A stretch of DNA of 64,000 nucleotides from Mobula hypostoma. Lineage: Eukaryota. The stretch lies in NCBI RefSeq assembly GCF_963921235.1, contig NC_086108.1, positions 13,268,001-13,332,000 of the forward strand, read 5' to 3'. The notes under the pieces were generated by a model, which saw nothing but the letters and a program-made list of their open reading frames with translations, was not told where the DNA came from and ran no database searches. Positions 35,421 through 46,094 of the stretch are shown piece after piece. Position 1 is the first letter of the stretch, and each line of letters starts with the position of its first letter. The position numbers and the translations under genes were made by a program.

Positions 35421-36722
35421 CAATGTTCCCTCTAATTTTAGTGATCAGTGTGAGCAAAAATCTTACGTTGTGCATTTTTCCTGTGACAAAAGTATGTGTG
35501 CACTGAATGCACACGTGGCACAGTTTATGTAGGTTTACAAAATATTTGACATAAAACTGCACAGAATAACAACAAAATAACATACATATTTAAGTCACTC
35601 AGTTATTTTTTCTCTCTCCTGTCTTTGGCATTTACCCATTCTTTGTAAACTCTATCTAGACTAATAGAACTTTCATCCAATTGATGGCTTTTGATTCTCA
35701 TTAACATATCCAAATGACATTCACCTAAACAGTTTCTCAGCTTGTTTTTGAATTGATTCATTAGGCTAAAACCTCGCTCACAGACTTCACTAGCCACAAG
35801 AAAGGTTCCCCCAATGTCCATCAACTGCGCAAGGTCGCAAAACTGTTCATCTTGAAGTACAAATGCCACCATTTGAGGGAAGTTTGAAATCAGTTTGGAT
35901 TTAATTTTTTCTTGCACGGAGAATTTGAAATCATTAAACTGTCTAACTATTACAGTATTTTCAGCTAGAAAATCATGATATTTTAGACATAAGGCATTAA
36001 CCTGTGTACTCAACCGTAATATGCTTAGCAATCCTGTAACGGGTAATAACGGGTTCTGTTGCCTGAGCTTTTGTACACCGTCCAAATGCGATTTACTTGC
36101 CAAATGACACTTCAAAAAGTCAAGTTTCCAAATATCATCCCACTTCTTTCCACTAGCAAATTCTCCAGCAACTTTCGCATCACGACAATGCAAACAGATA
36201 ACTCCATTTTCCAAATCATACATAAATATTTCTCGTAGCTGAACGTTCATGACCTCATGAGCTTTTGGTAAAGCAGTTTCTACTATTTTGTTAAGCCATT
36301 CAACTTTAAACAAATTTACATTTCTTTTGTGCTTCACATCCTTTGCTTCTTTTGAATTCGACATATCAATATTTTTTTCAATAAAAACTTAACAAGCTAT
36401 TTACAGGATTTGAAACAGATCTTTGTAAACTTTACAATATGAACAATGTCCGCCAAAGATGGCTACCGTCGTGATGCAGCTGTACAAACCAGAACAGGAA
36501 AGGTGAGGTGACGTAAATTAGTGACGTGCATTATGGTATTTGAAAAACCTACTAACTAGTTAACAGAAACATTTAGCTAAAAGATTATTTTCAATAAGTA
36601 TAGTTATTAATTACTATATTATTTTAGATAACTAACCTTTTGTGCGCACATTAGTTTCCTTTGTGCGCGGGTTGAAAAACGTGTGTGCGTGTGCACACTC
36701 ACACAGCTTAGAGGGAACATAG
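35421..36722 (-). mobile_element. 1.3-kb hAT DNA transposon, internally deleted
   Basis: TIRs CAATGTTCCCTCTAA / TTAGAGGGAACATAG; perfect 8-bp TSD CTTGTGAG (35413-35420, 36723-36730). Confidence 0.92.
35603..36364 (-). CDS. Truncated hAT transposase ORF (N-terminal zinc finger fused to C-terminal dimerisation domain)
   Basis: 253-aa open frame: FKVEWL...CLHC...HLASKSH, then SEVCERGFSLMNQFKNKLRNCL...LDMLMRI; too short for a DDE core. Confidence 0.7.
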   Translation of the reverse strand: MSNSKEAKDVKHKRNVNLFKVEWLNKIVETALPKAHEVMNVQLREIFMYDLENGVICLHCRDAKVAGEFASGKKWDDIWKLDFLKCHLASKSHLDGVQKLRQQNPLLPVTGLLSILRLSTQVNALCLKYHDFLAENTVIVRQFNDFKFSVQEKIKSKLISNFPQMVAFVLQDEQFCDLAQLMDIGGTFLVASEVCERGFSLMNQFKNKLRNCLGECHLDMLMRIKSHQLDESSISLDRVYKEWVNAKDRREKK

Positions 36723-36844
36723 CTTGTGAGTGTTGAATATGAGGAACTTCCTGCTTCACTCCTCAATCTCCATTTACAAATCGGCTTGTGACAAGTCAAT
36801 CCTATAGAACCTCTAACTGCCAATGAAAGATGCAAATATGTCCT

Positions 36845-37420
36845 CTATGACCACACCTGGAGTATTGTGTGTAGTTTTGGTCCCCTAATCTGAGGAAAGA
36901 CATCTTTGCCATAGAGGGAGTACAAAGAAGGTTCACCAGATTGATTCCTGGGATGGCAGGACTTTCATATGAAGAAAGACTGGATGAACTGGGCTTGTAC
37001 TCGTTGGAATTTAGAAGATTGAGGGGGGATCTGATTGAAACGTATAAGATCCTAAAGGGATTGGACAGGCTAGATGCAGGAAGATTGTTCCCAATGTTGG
37101 GGAAGTCCAGAACGAGGGGTCACAGTTTGAGGATAGAGGGGAAGCCTTTTAGGACCGAGATTAGGAAAAACTTCTTCACACAGAGAGTGGTGAATCTGTG
37201 GAATTCTCTGCCACAGCAAACTGTTGGGGCCAGTTCATTGGCTATGTTTAAGAGGGAGTTAGATATGGCCCTTGTGGCTACAGGGGTCAGGGGGTATGGA
37301 GGGAAGGCTGGGGCGGGGTTCTGAGTTGGATGATCAGCCATGATCATAATAAATGGCGGTGCAGGCTCGAAGGGCCGAATGGCCTACTCCTGCACCTATT
37401 TTCTATGTTTCTATGTTTCT
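36845..37420 (+). mobile_element. Young CR1 3' fragment
   Basis: Almost identical to the 3' ends of the 50324 and 57955 copies; (TTCTATGT)n tail. Confidence 0.95.
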
Positions 37421-37755
37421 ATTCGTGATGGGATACTGCACAATATGCAGCACTGGTTTGATGCTCACCTTGAAATCCACACATATGCCAATAGCTCCAG
37501 CCTTCCCTTTCTTGATCACTGGGACAATGGAGGTGGCCCAATTGCTCCACTCAACCTTGAAGGGAATTCCAAATGCCTCCAAGTTATGCAGGTCAGCATC
37601 CACCTTCAGCATCCATGGCACCTTCAGGCACTGGACATGTTTTACGGAATCTTGGTGTTGCTGTTTCATCCAGCAGAATTCTGGCCTTCATGCCTTTGAG
37701 CTTACCAATACCCTTCTCAAACACCTTCTCATTAGCATTAAGCAGTTGTGACAGT

Positions 37756-37862
37756 GTTCTGAGTTGGATGATCAGCCATGATCATAATAAATGGCGGTGC
37801 AGGCTCGAAGGGCCGAATGGCCTACTCCTGCACCTATTTTCTATGTTTCTATGTTTCTATGT
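37756..37862 (+). mobile_element. Young CR1, 3' UTR-only insertion
   Basis: Matches 37318-37420, including the tail. Confidence 0.9.
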
Positions 37863-38265
37863 CTCTGGTTAGTGCTACCATTTGGGCTGGTGCAGCCTGT
37901 TGATGTCACACTGAGAGCTTTGACTGAGTGCCCGTCAAGTTGGATTTCTCTCAACTATTCACGTCCGAAAAGTGCTGGCCCTCCACTTTTCAACACATAA
38001 AGCTCTAACTGTTGCGTTTGGCCTCCATATATCACATTCACTTTTAGTTTCCTTTGGGAGAGACATTTTTGTCTGTTTAAGTCTTTAGCATCACTGAGGT
38101 CTTCTCTAATTGTATTTTAGAAAAGAGTCTGTGTTATCAGCCTCTGACATTATGGACAAAGCTGACCCTGTATCCAGTGCCATTTTCAGTTTTACACCAG
38201 ATACATCCACTGTGATCAAGATGATTTTGTGATCTGCTTCAGTTATACTATGCAGTTCTAGGCAT

Positions 38266-38400
38266 GACATAGAAAATAGGTGCAGGAGTAGGCCATTCGG
38301 CCCTTCGAGCCTGCACCACCATTCAGTATGATCATGGCCGATCATCCAACTCAGAACCCTGTACCTACCTTCTCTCCATACTCCCTGATCCCTTTAGCCT
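38266..38400 (-). mobile_element. CR1 3' tail fragment
   Basis: CATAGAAAATAGGTGCAGGAGTAGGCCATTCGGCCCTTCGAGCC, reverse complement of the CR1 3' UTR. Confidence 0.85.
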
Positions 38401-39259
38401 CAGTTCACCTTTGTCAGACTCTGTGTTGTCTGATTCTGTAGTACATTCGGTAACTTTATGCATTTGCTTAGTTTTGTATTTCAGACTTTTCACTTGGTTG
38501 TACTTTTTGGATGACTTGAACATTCTCTCTATGTGACCTGTCCCTTAATGCATCAGAAAGTCCATCTCTAAAGTCACAGTACTGGGAATATTTGTGCAGA
38601 TCTGCAATTATTCAGAAACACCTTCTTCTTTTGAATGATTCCTTTTGTAAAATCTAAATCTCTCAGCAGTTTGGGGCTTAAGTGATTTTGTAAAATTGTA
38701 ACAATTTCATTGCTTGTTGGCTTTTCAGGGGTTACTAAGTTGCATAAGAGACTGTATGTCCTTACCCCCATTATGCTAAGAAGTGTAGGGGCTTTCTTTT
38801 GCTCCTCCACATTGTTCGCATTACAATACAGTTCCACTCTCTGATAAACAACCCCCAGTCTTCATTAGCACTATCAATTTGGTCAACTTTCTCGAATGAC
38901 GCCATCAACACGTTACTTTCACTTTAAATTCAGCGCGTCTTTCACTGTTACTCATGCCTTCCTTTGTTAGTGTCCATGATGGCTTTCTCGTACTGCTTAA
39001 CTCTCGCTGTTTTGTCCCATAACTGTCGGTGCAGTTCATAATATTTTCTGACATTCAGGTGCATACTCGTCGCCAATTTGTTGTGTCTGTGCATAACTAT
39101 ATATTGATTAAATAAAAGCATGCACACAGGAGATGGCTTTAACTGGTGTATAGAGAGTGAGAGAGACGGAGTCAGAGAACAATGTGCATGCATAGACAAC
39201 AGATCATATGTAGTGGTCATTGTTCTAAAAGAAATAGATCCATACATCGCACCATCTAT

Positions 39260-40400
39260 AAATAGTTGGGCCGATGACACTACTACTGGCAGAATTTCCA
39301 AATGGTGACGAGGAGACATACAGGGCAGAGATAGATTAGCTGGTTGAGAGATGTTGCAACAATCTTGCACTCAGTATTAGGAATTAATTGGGGACTTCGG
39401 GAAGGGGAAGTCAATGGATGCTGCTTTCCTGTGACAGCATTTCATGTAGATGTGGCCAATGGTTGGGAGGGCTTTACCTGTGATGCACGGGTCTGAATCC
39501 ACTACCTTTGTATGATTTTGGTGTTTCCATATCAGGCCACGATGCAGCCAATCAGTGCACCCTCCACTAAACATTTATAGAAGTTTATCAAAGATTTAGG
39601 TGTTATGCCAAATCTCCGCAGACTCCAAAGGAAGTAGAGGCACTGCCATGCATTTTTTTGCAATTGCACTTACATGCTGGGTCCAGAACAGGTTCTCTGA
39701 AATAGTAACACTCAAGAATTTAAAATTACTAACCCTCTCCACCTCTCATCAGCACATCTACAGTGAGCATCATTTCAACATTTAGGTTGCTGGGCATCAT
39801 TATTTCACACTTCTTCATGTGGGAGAACCATATCTCCTTCATTAACAAAAAGGCTCAGGAGAGGATGTACCTCTTGCAGCAGTTAGTAAAATTCCATCTT
39901 TCCCAGAACATCCTGGTGCAATCCTACGCTGCCATCATAGCGAGCATCCACACATCAGCCATGACTGTCTGGTTTGATGCAGCATCCTCCCACAATACAC
40001 AAAAACTACAGTGAACTATCAGATCAGCAGTAAAGGTCATTGGCTACAGTCAACCATCACTACAGGACTTGTATGTGTCCTGGACAAAGAAGCAGATTCT
40101 AAAGACTCATTGTGGGCACCACACACACAAAAACATCCATCTTGAAAGCGATATAGAGTTATTAAAACAAAAACTTCACTCCGTCTTAAAATTTCTCCTC
40201 TGTGCAGTGAATCCGGTTAGCCATTCTAATTAGCCACCTCCCCACTACAAACCCCATTCTATCTACAACTTCAGTCACTGCACTGCACAGCAAACACTTT
40301 TTATAATGCTGTTTATTTTGTAAGTATATGCTGGTATTTATGCATTAAACACATTATTCCGTATCCATACTTTAACCCCTCATTTCTGTATCTTCTGTTA
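39260..40400. mobile_element. Old Rex1/Babar-like LINE fragments
   Basis: Minus 39410-39745 resembles 4200-4520; plus ORF FRLLGIII...KKAQERMYLLQQL...MTVWF. Confidence 0.65.
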
Positions 40401-41332
40401 CTGTGTCAAGAAAGAGGATGGAAGGAGAGAGATTTAATAAAGAACTGATGGACAATTTTTTTTTAACCAGAAGGTGGCTATGGGCCAAACCTGAGCAAAT
40501 AAGTCTATCCTGGATAGGGTCATATTGCATGGAATTAAACCCTTTGGCCAAATGGGCCAAACAGCTTACTTCCAGGTGATACCACCCTACCACTTCACGT
40601 ATACTTGTGGATCACCACTAGTCACAGACCTCCAACCAGAATAAGTCCTATTGACTATTATTCCATCTCCTATGGGCAAGTTAATCCTGAATCCAAACAG
40701 TCAAGTCACCATAGATACCATGCACCTTAATTTTCTGGATAAACCTCCCAAGTGGGACCTTGTCAAGCACCTTACTAAGATCCACATAGACAACATTCAC
40801 AGCTCGGTCCTTTTCAACCATCAACATCACCTCTTTGAAAAAACTCAACGAATTTAGTAAGACACAGTAACATTAGAAAACATCTTCCATTTTCTTGTTA
40901 ATGTTTGTGAGAGTGCTGAGGTTTCAAATTTTCTATACTACAAGAGGAACTACATTTCACAAGCTACATCATTGGAAGTAAAGTTGTCTGGAATGGTTGT
41001 GTTTGCAAATGGCGGACAATATGAATGTTACTCTTTATATTGCTTTGGGGGGGGCGTGGAAAGTGGGTGGGAGTTAGAAACTGTGACCGTTAGATTCTAG
41101 AGGTTAGACATTTACAGAGGGGAGAGCAGAGCTCATTCCCATATCAGGGAATAATGGTGTGGGAGTAAAGTGTAATCTGCTGATTGTTGCTTCAATGTCT
41201 GAGGTAAAGAAGGTCCTTAAAGCTCGGGTGCCCCATCTGAGTGCCTGTTTGCACTGAAGAAAAGCAGGGTCTCTCTGTAAGTGCGCCACATTCTTTTGAT
41301 TACTTTATCCAACAATATAAAGGGAACCTCAC

Positions 41333-41494
41333 CAGCAGTGCCGCTGTAATCTCCAATCCTTAGTCTGTAGAGACTCCGGGCATCACTGATGTAAAAGCGA
41401 TCATAGACAGCATACACCGACTCACGACCATCACGCAAATCAATCCGCAGATCATACCTGGCTTGGGCAGAAATCTTATGGATGTTGTCCAGTC
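41333..41494 (-). CDS. TNR: Tenascin (tenascin-R-like) fibrinogen-domain exon, 162 bp
   Basis: TTATTTTAG acceptor and GTGAG donor; (G)[53 protein letters not shown](G); phase 1-1 joins 26224 in frame. Confidence 0.88.
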
Positions 41495-42864
41495 CTAAAA
41501 TAACAACACAAGATTACCTGCAGGTTAAAGACAGTTGTATATCAGACCTAATCTGTCTAGAGACTCAAAATAAGACAGGGCTTGTAGGCATAGACCCCAA
41601 CCTCACCCCTGGCCAGACACTGCATGCATTCTCACCAGACCACACACACATCACCTGCTGAACTCTTGCACCCAGATTTCACTGGTACACTTCGGGCCTT
41701 CCGCAGTGTCCACCCCAACACTCTCTACAAACTTTGCCAGCTGGCAGTGACTTGCCCTATCATGATTCAGGACACAGCTATTCTGTTTCCCAATCTCTTA
41801 GCAGGTCAGGTCATTTCCCTGGGCCACACCAACCTGTTTAGTCCTTACATGCCTATCAAGTTAATCTATGGTTCTTCAACCCCTCATCTACACACTGGGT
41901 TCAATTTACAGTGACAAATGGAACTACCAGCCCATGCATCTCAGGGATGTTTGATGAAGTCCACACAGTCATGAGGAGTAGGTGCAAACTCAACATGGAC
42001 ATTGGCTACATGGTGAGGTGAGCCACTTCTGTGCTGTACAATTCATTAAAAGCAGAATGTCAGGCAAACTAAAATGAAGGTGGGTTTCTTTATTTAATGT
42101 CAATGTTGTTAGTTTGAATGCTTCTGCTATCTGAGAAAGACACTGGGAAACAGGACAATTTGCCAATAGTATAGATTACCCTACTCTCCTTTTGACCCTC
42201 AGTGATGGCAGCATGAACAGCTTTTTTTAAAATTTCTTCTCTTCACTTGTGTTCAGACACCAGTGAAGCTGAAAATGAAGAACAGGCAGCATTTCTTACG
42301 AGAGCCTTCCCATCACAGATGTGAAGTAATCACCTATACAGTGAAGAAAAAGTTTCTGTGGCCAAAATATTTTGATGGTGAAGGTCTAAGATAGAGTAAA
42401 TGGTTAAAGAATGGAAATAGGAAAGTTAACTATTATGATTGAGATGCAAGAACAGTTGATCTGAATACAACATTGAGTCTACACTCACAACAACATCTCA
42501 CCTCTTTGCTGAACAATATTTAAAGACTGCTTCCACTGACCTTTGAGGAAAAGAGACCCAAAGATTCAAAACAGAGGGGAAAAAGTTACCTACTTATTGT
42601 CTTAAATAAGTGATCCATTTTTTTAAACACTGACCCACTAGATTCTCTAACAAGGGGAATATCCTCTTCACATTCACTGTAATGACCCCAATCAGTTTCA
42701 AACATCACTTCTCACTCTTTTAAACTCTAGCCACACTTGCTGAGCCTGTTTGATCTTTTCTCCTGCAAGAAGCTGTCCTTGATCCTTCTCTTGGCTAGTT
42801 TCATTGCATTAACATCCTTCCAGAATATTATCCACAATGTAGAAATATCAAAATGCTTTTAATG

Positions 42865-42938
42865 CAGGGGACCTTTTATATGCCATGGACACCTACCATC
42901 AACCAAGAGCACTGTGAACCCCAGGTGGGGAACCCCTG
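42865..42938. mobile_element. ~75-bp hAT MITE (same family as 24811)
   Basis: CAGGGG...GGGGAACCCCTG; perfect 8-bp TSD TTTTAATG. Confidence 0.8.
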
Positions 42939-43262
42939 TTTTAATGTTAGTTGGGGAAGGAAGATGGATAGAGTTTAAAAATGAGATGATGGGCAAGTTA
43001 GATGATGTGAGAGAGTGTTAGGTGCCTGGAATATGATACCAGCAAGCAGTAAAAGTAGGCAGTTTAGTGCCGTTTACGAGGGGCATTTAGGTATACGCAT
43101 CAATATGAAGGCAATGAGGGATACACTGTAGATGATACGGAGGAGGGGAACACAGTATAAACTGGTATTATGATTGACACAGCATTATGGGCCAGATAGC
43201 CTGTCCACTAATGTGCTGTTCCATGGTCCTTAAAATAAACCAGTATTCAATAGAGTTTTGTA

Positions 43263-46053
43263 TGTGTTGTGTCTATGCACAACTACATATCAATTAAATA
43301 AAAGCACGCACGTGAGTGTGGCTTTAACTGGTGCATTCACATTGTTCTCTCTCTCTCTCTCTCGGTACAATGCGCATGCGCAGACAACAGATCAATACAT
43401 AGTGCTGGGGGGGGGGTCATTGCTCTAAAAGAAATAAATCCATACATTATACTTCCTCCCCCTTTAAATTAATGCAACATAAAACTGTATATGTACAAAA
43501 CATTCAATTTCCCTTTCATAAACACATATTCCAAATAAATCGGCTTTCATAATAACAGTCCCTAACTAACTTCACATTTCTAAAGGTTCAGTCTTTTGGG
43601 TGGTGCTCTATTTTTTTCAGGATAGTGCCTCGGGACCTGTGGGGTGGCTTTAGGTTTGGCAGGTGTTTTGTCAACAATAATGTTCTTGTCGCACCTTTGG
43701 ACCCATAGAGTGGCACCAGGTTTGGCAGGTGTCTTGTCTAAGGCAACGTTCTCAGTTTCTTGTGTCACATTGCTGTCAGTGACTTCATCACTGAGAGGTA
43801 AGCCCGGTGACTGTAATATGTCCATCTTTTGGATGTAATCGACTCAGGTGTGTTCTTCGGTTGAGCATCCAGTATCTGGTCCACATGATGTCTCCATGTC
43901 TGATCTTTAACATCCACTGAGTACATCAGTGGTCCAGTTCTTGTAACTATCCTACCGGGTATCCACTTGTCTTTTCTGTAATCATGGGCTAGGACTTCCT
44001 GTCCAATCTTGAAGCTCCTTGCCACTTCAAATGTTTATTCTGTACTTCCCTCCAGAGGTCTGGTTTGAGAGGTTTATGTGAGATCTCAGACTCCTGTTCA
44101 TGAACAGCATTTCAGGGGTATCTGATTTGTTGTCGCATGAACAGAGTTCTGATACGCAAAAAGGAGGTTGTCCACCTTGTGCTGTAGAGAAATGTCCTCC
44201 TTGTCCATTGCTTTAATGGACTTCTTGAAGGTTTGGATAAACCTTTCAGCTAACCCATTCATTGTAGGGTGGTGAGGAGCTGACTTGAAATGTCTGATGC
44301 CATTTTTCTTCATGAACAGTTGGTAGTCTTCTGACATATATTGTGGTCTGTTGTCACTCACAAATTGCTCAGGTAAGCTGTTTCTGGTTAAGGTAGTCCT
44401 CAGAGTAGCGACAGTCTTTGCTGAGATGGCTGACTTCATTGGTATAACCTCCGGACACTTCAAATGAGTATCCACAGAAACCTGAAACATGGAGTCCATG
44501 AATGGCCCGGCAAAGTCGATACGTACTCTTTGCCATGGTGATGACAGCTACTTCCACAGCTGTAATGGTGTCTGTGGGGGTATATTTTGAACCTTTTTGG
44601 AATCCTGAACAGCTTTTTGCCAAGTCTTCGATCTGTTTATCCATTCTCTTCTCATTAGCATGAAGCAGCTGTGCCAGTCTCTGGTTAGTGCTACCATTTG
44701 GTCTGCTTGTCGATGTCACACTGAGAGCTTTGATTGAGTGCCAGTCTAGTTGGATTTTTATCAACCATTCATGTCCAAAAATTGTTGGCCCCTCCACTTT
44801 TCAACACATAAAGCTCTAACTGTTGCGTTTGGCCTCCATATGTCACATTCACATTCAGTTTCCTTTGGGAGACACTTTTTCACCTTTAGCATCCCTGAGG
44901 TCTTCTTTAGTTGTATGTTAGAAAACAGTCTTTTGTAGTCGGCCTCTGAAATTATGGACAAAGCTGACTCTGTATCCAGCTCCATTTTCAGTTTTACACC
45001 GGACACATCCATTGTGATCCAGATGATTTTGTGATCTGTTTCAGTAATACTGCAGTTCTAGGCATGACAGCTCACCTTTGTCAGACTCTATGTTGTCTGA
45101 TTCAGTTTTACATTTGGTAACTTTATGCATTTGCTTAATTTTGTGTTTGAAATTTTTCACTCAGTTGACATTCTCTCTTTGTGACCTTGTCTGTGACACT
45201 TTCTACAGATATTTTCTTTGAACCAATAGCTGATTGCTTCATGGGAGGATTTGCCACATTGATAACATCTTTGGCTCAACATTCAAGGACATATTGGGCA
45301 TTTCACATTATAACCTCCTTTTCTGTAGTTCTGCTGCATCCTTTGCTGCAGTCTTTAACCATATTGCAATAGTCAATGCACATTCTAATTATAGGTCTCT
45401 TTCTGCCAGTAGCCTCATTTGAGTGCTTTGACTCTGCATGCCACATACAAGCCTGTCCCTTAATGCATCAGAAAGTCTATCTCTAAAGTCACAGTACCGG
45501 GAAAGTTTGCGCAGTTCTGCAATGTGTTCAGGAATGCTTTCATCCTTTGACTGGTTCCTTTTGTAAAATCTAAATCTCTCAGCTATTACCCAGCAGTTTA
45601 GGACTCAAGTGATTCTGTAAAATTGGAACACTCTCATCGAACTTCTTGCTTGCTGGCTTTTTAGGGGTTATTAAGTTGCATAAGAGACCGTACGTCCATG
45701 CACCCATTAAGCTAAGAAGCGTAGAGGCTTTGTTTTGCTCCTCCACATTGTTTGCGTTGCAATAAGTTCCACCCTCTCAATATATGACTCCCAGTTTTCA
45801 TTAGCACTATCAAATTCATCAACTTTCCTGACTGAAGCCGTCACCATATTATTTTTACTTTAAATTCAGTGTCTTTCACTGTTTACTATGCACTATACTT
45901 GCACCTTGATTAGTGTCCATGATGACTTTCTCATGCTGTTTAACTCTCATTATTGCATTCCGTAACTGTCAGTGCAGTTCATGATATTTTCTGACATTCA
46001 GGTTTGTACTCGCCAACAATTTGTTGTGTCTGGGCACGACTACATATCAATTG
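43263..46053 (-). mobile_element. Gypsy LTR retrotransposon, copy B (same family as copy A; RT and RNase H deleted)
   Basis: 3' LTR ~43263-43452 with polypurine tract at 43453-43466; integrase (VSDNRPQY..HPTMNGLAERFIQTFK); protease (MELDTESALS); gag; PBS remnant ~46008; truncated 5' LTR 46020-46053. Confidence 0.88.
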
Positions 46054-46094
46054 CAGAGAGAGAGAGAGAGAGAGAGAATGAGAGAATGAGAATG

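Larger units (their letters stand above)
34008..39254 (-). mobile_element. Gypsy LTR retrotransposon, copy A (decayed, with nested insertions)
   Basis: 5' LTR ~39080-39254; PBS TGGCGACGAG ~39066-39075; gag (ELYCNAN..TYSLLCNLVTPEKP); protease (MALDTGSALS); RT (WATSIVPVIKK..ICVDFK; GLFQYNRLIFGVASAPAIW); RNase H (AFASRSLTSAERNYAQ..ETDHQP); integrase start; LTR remnant 34008-34060. Confidence 0.88.

Noticed and set aside
41217..41438. 73-aa ORF as a standalone gene
   Set aside because: It is part of the tenascin exon read through its GTGAG donor into intron
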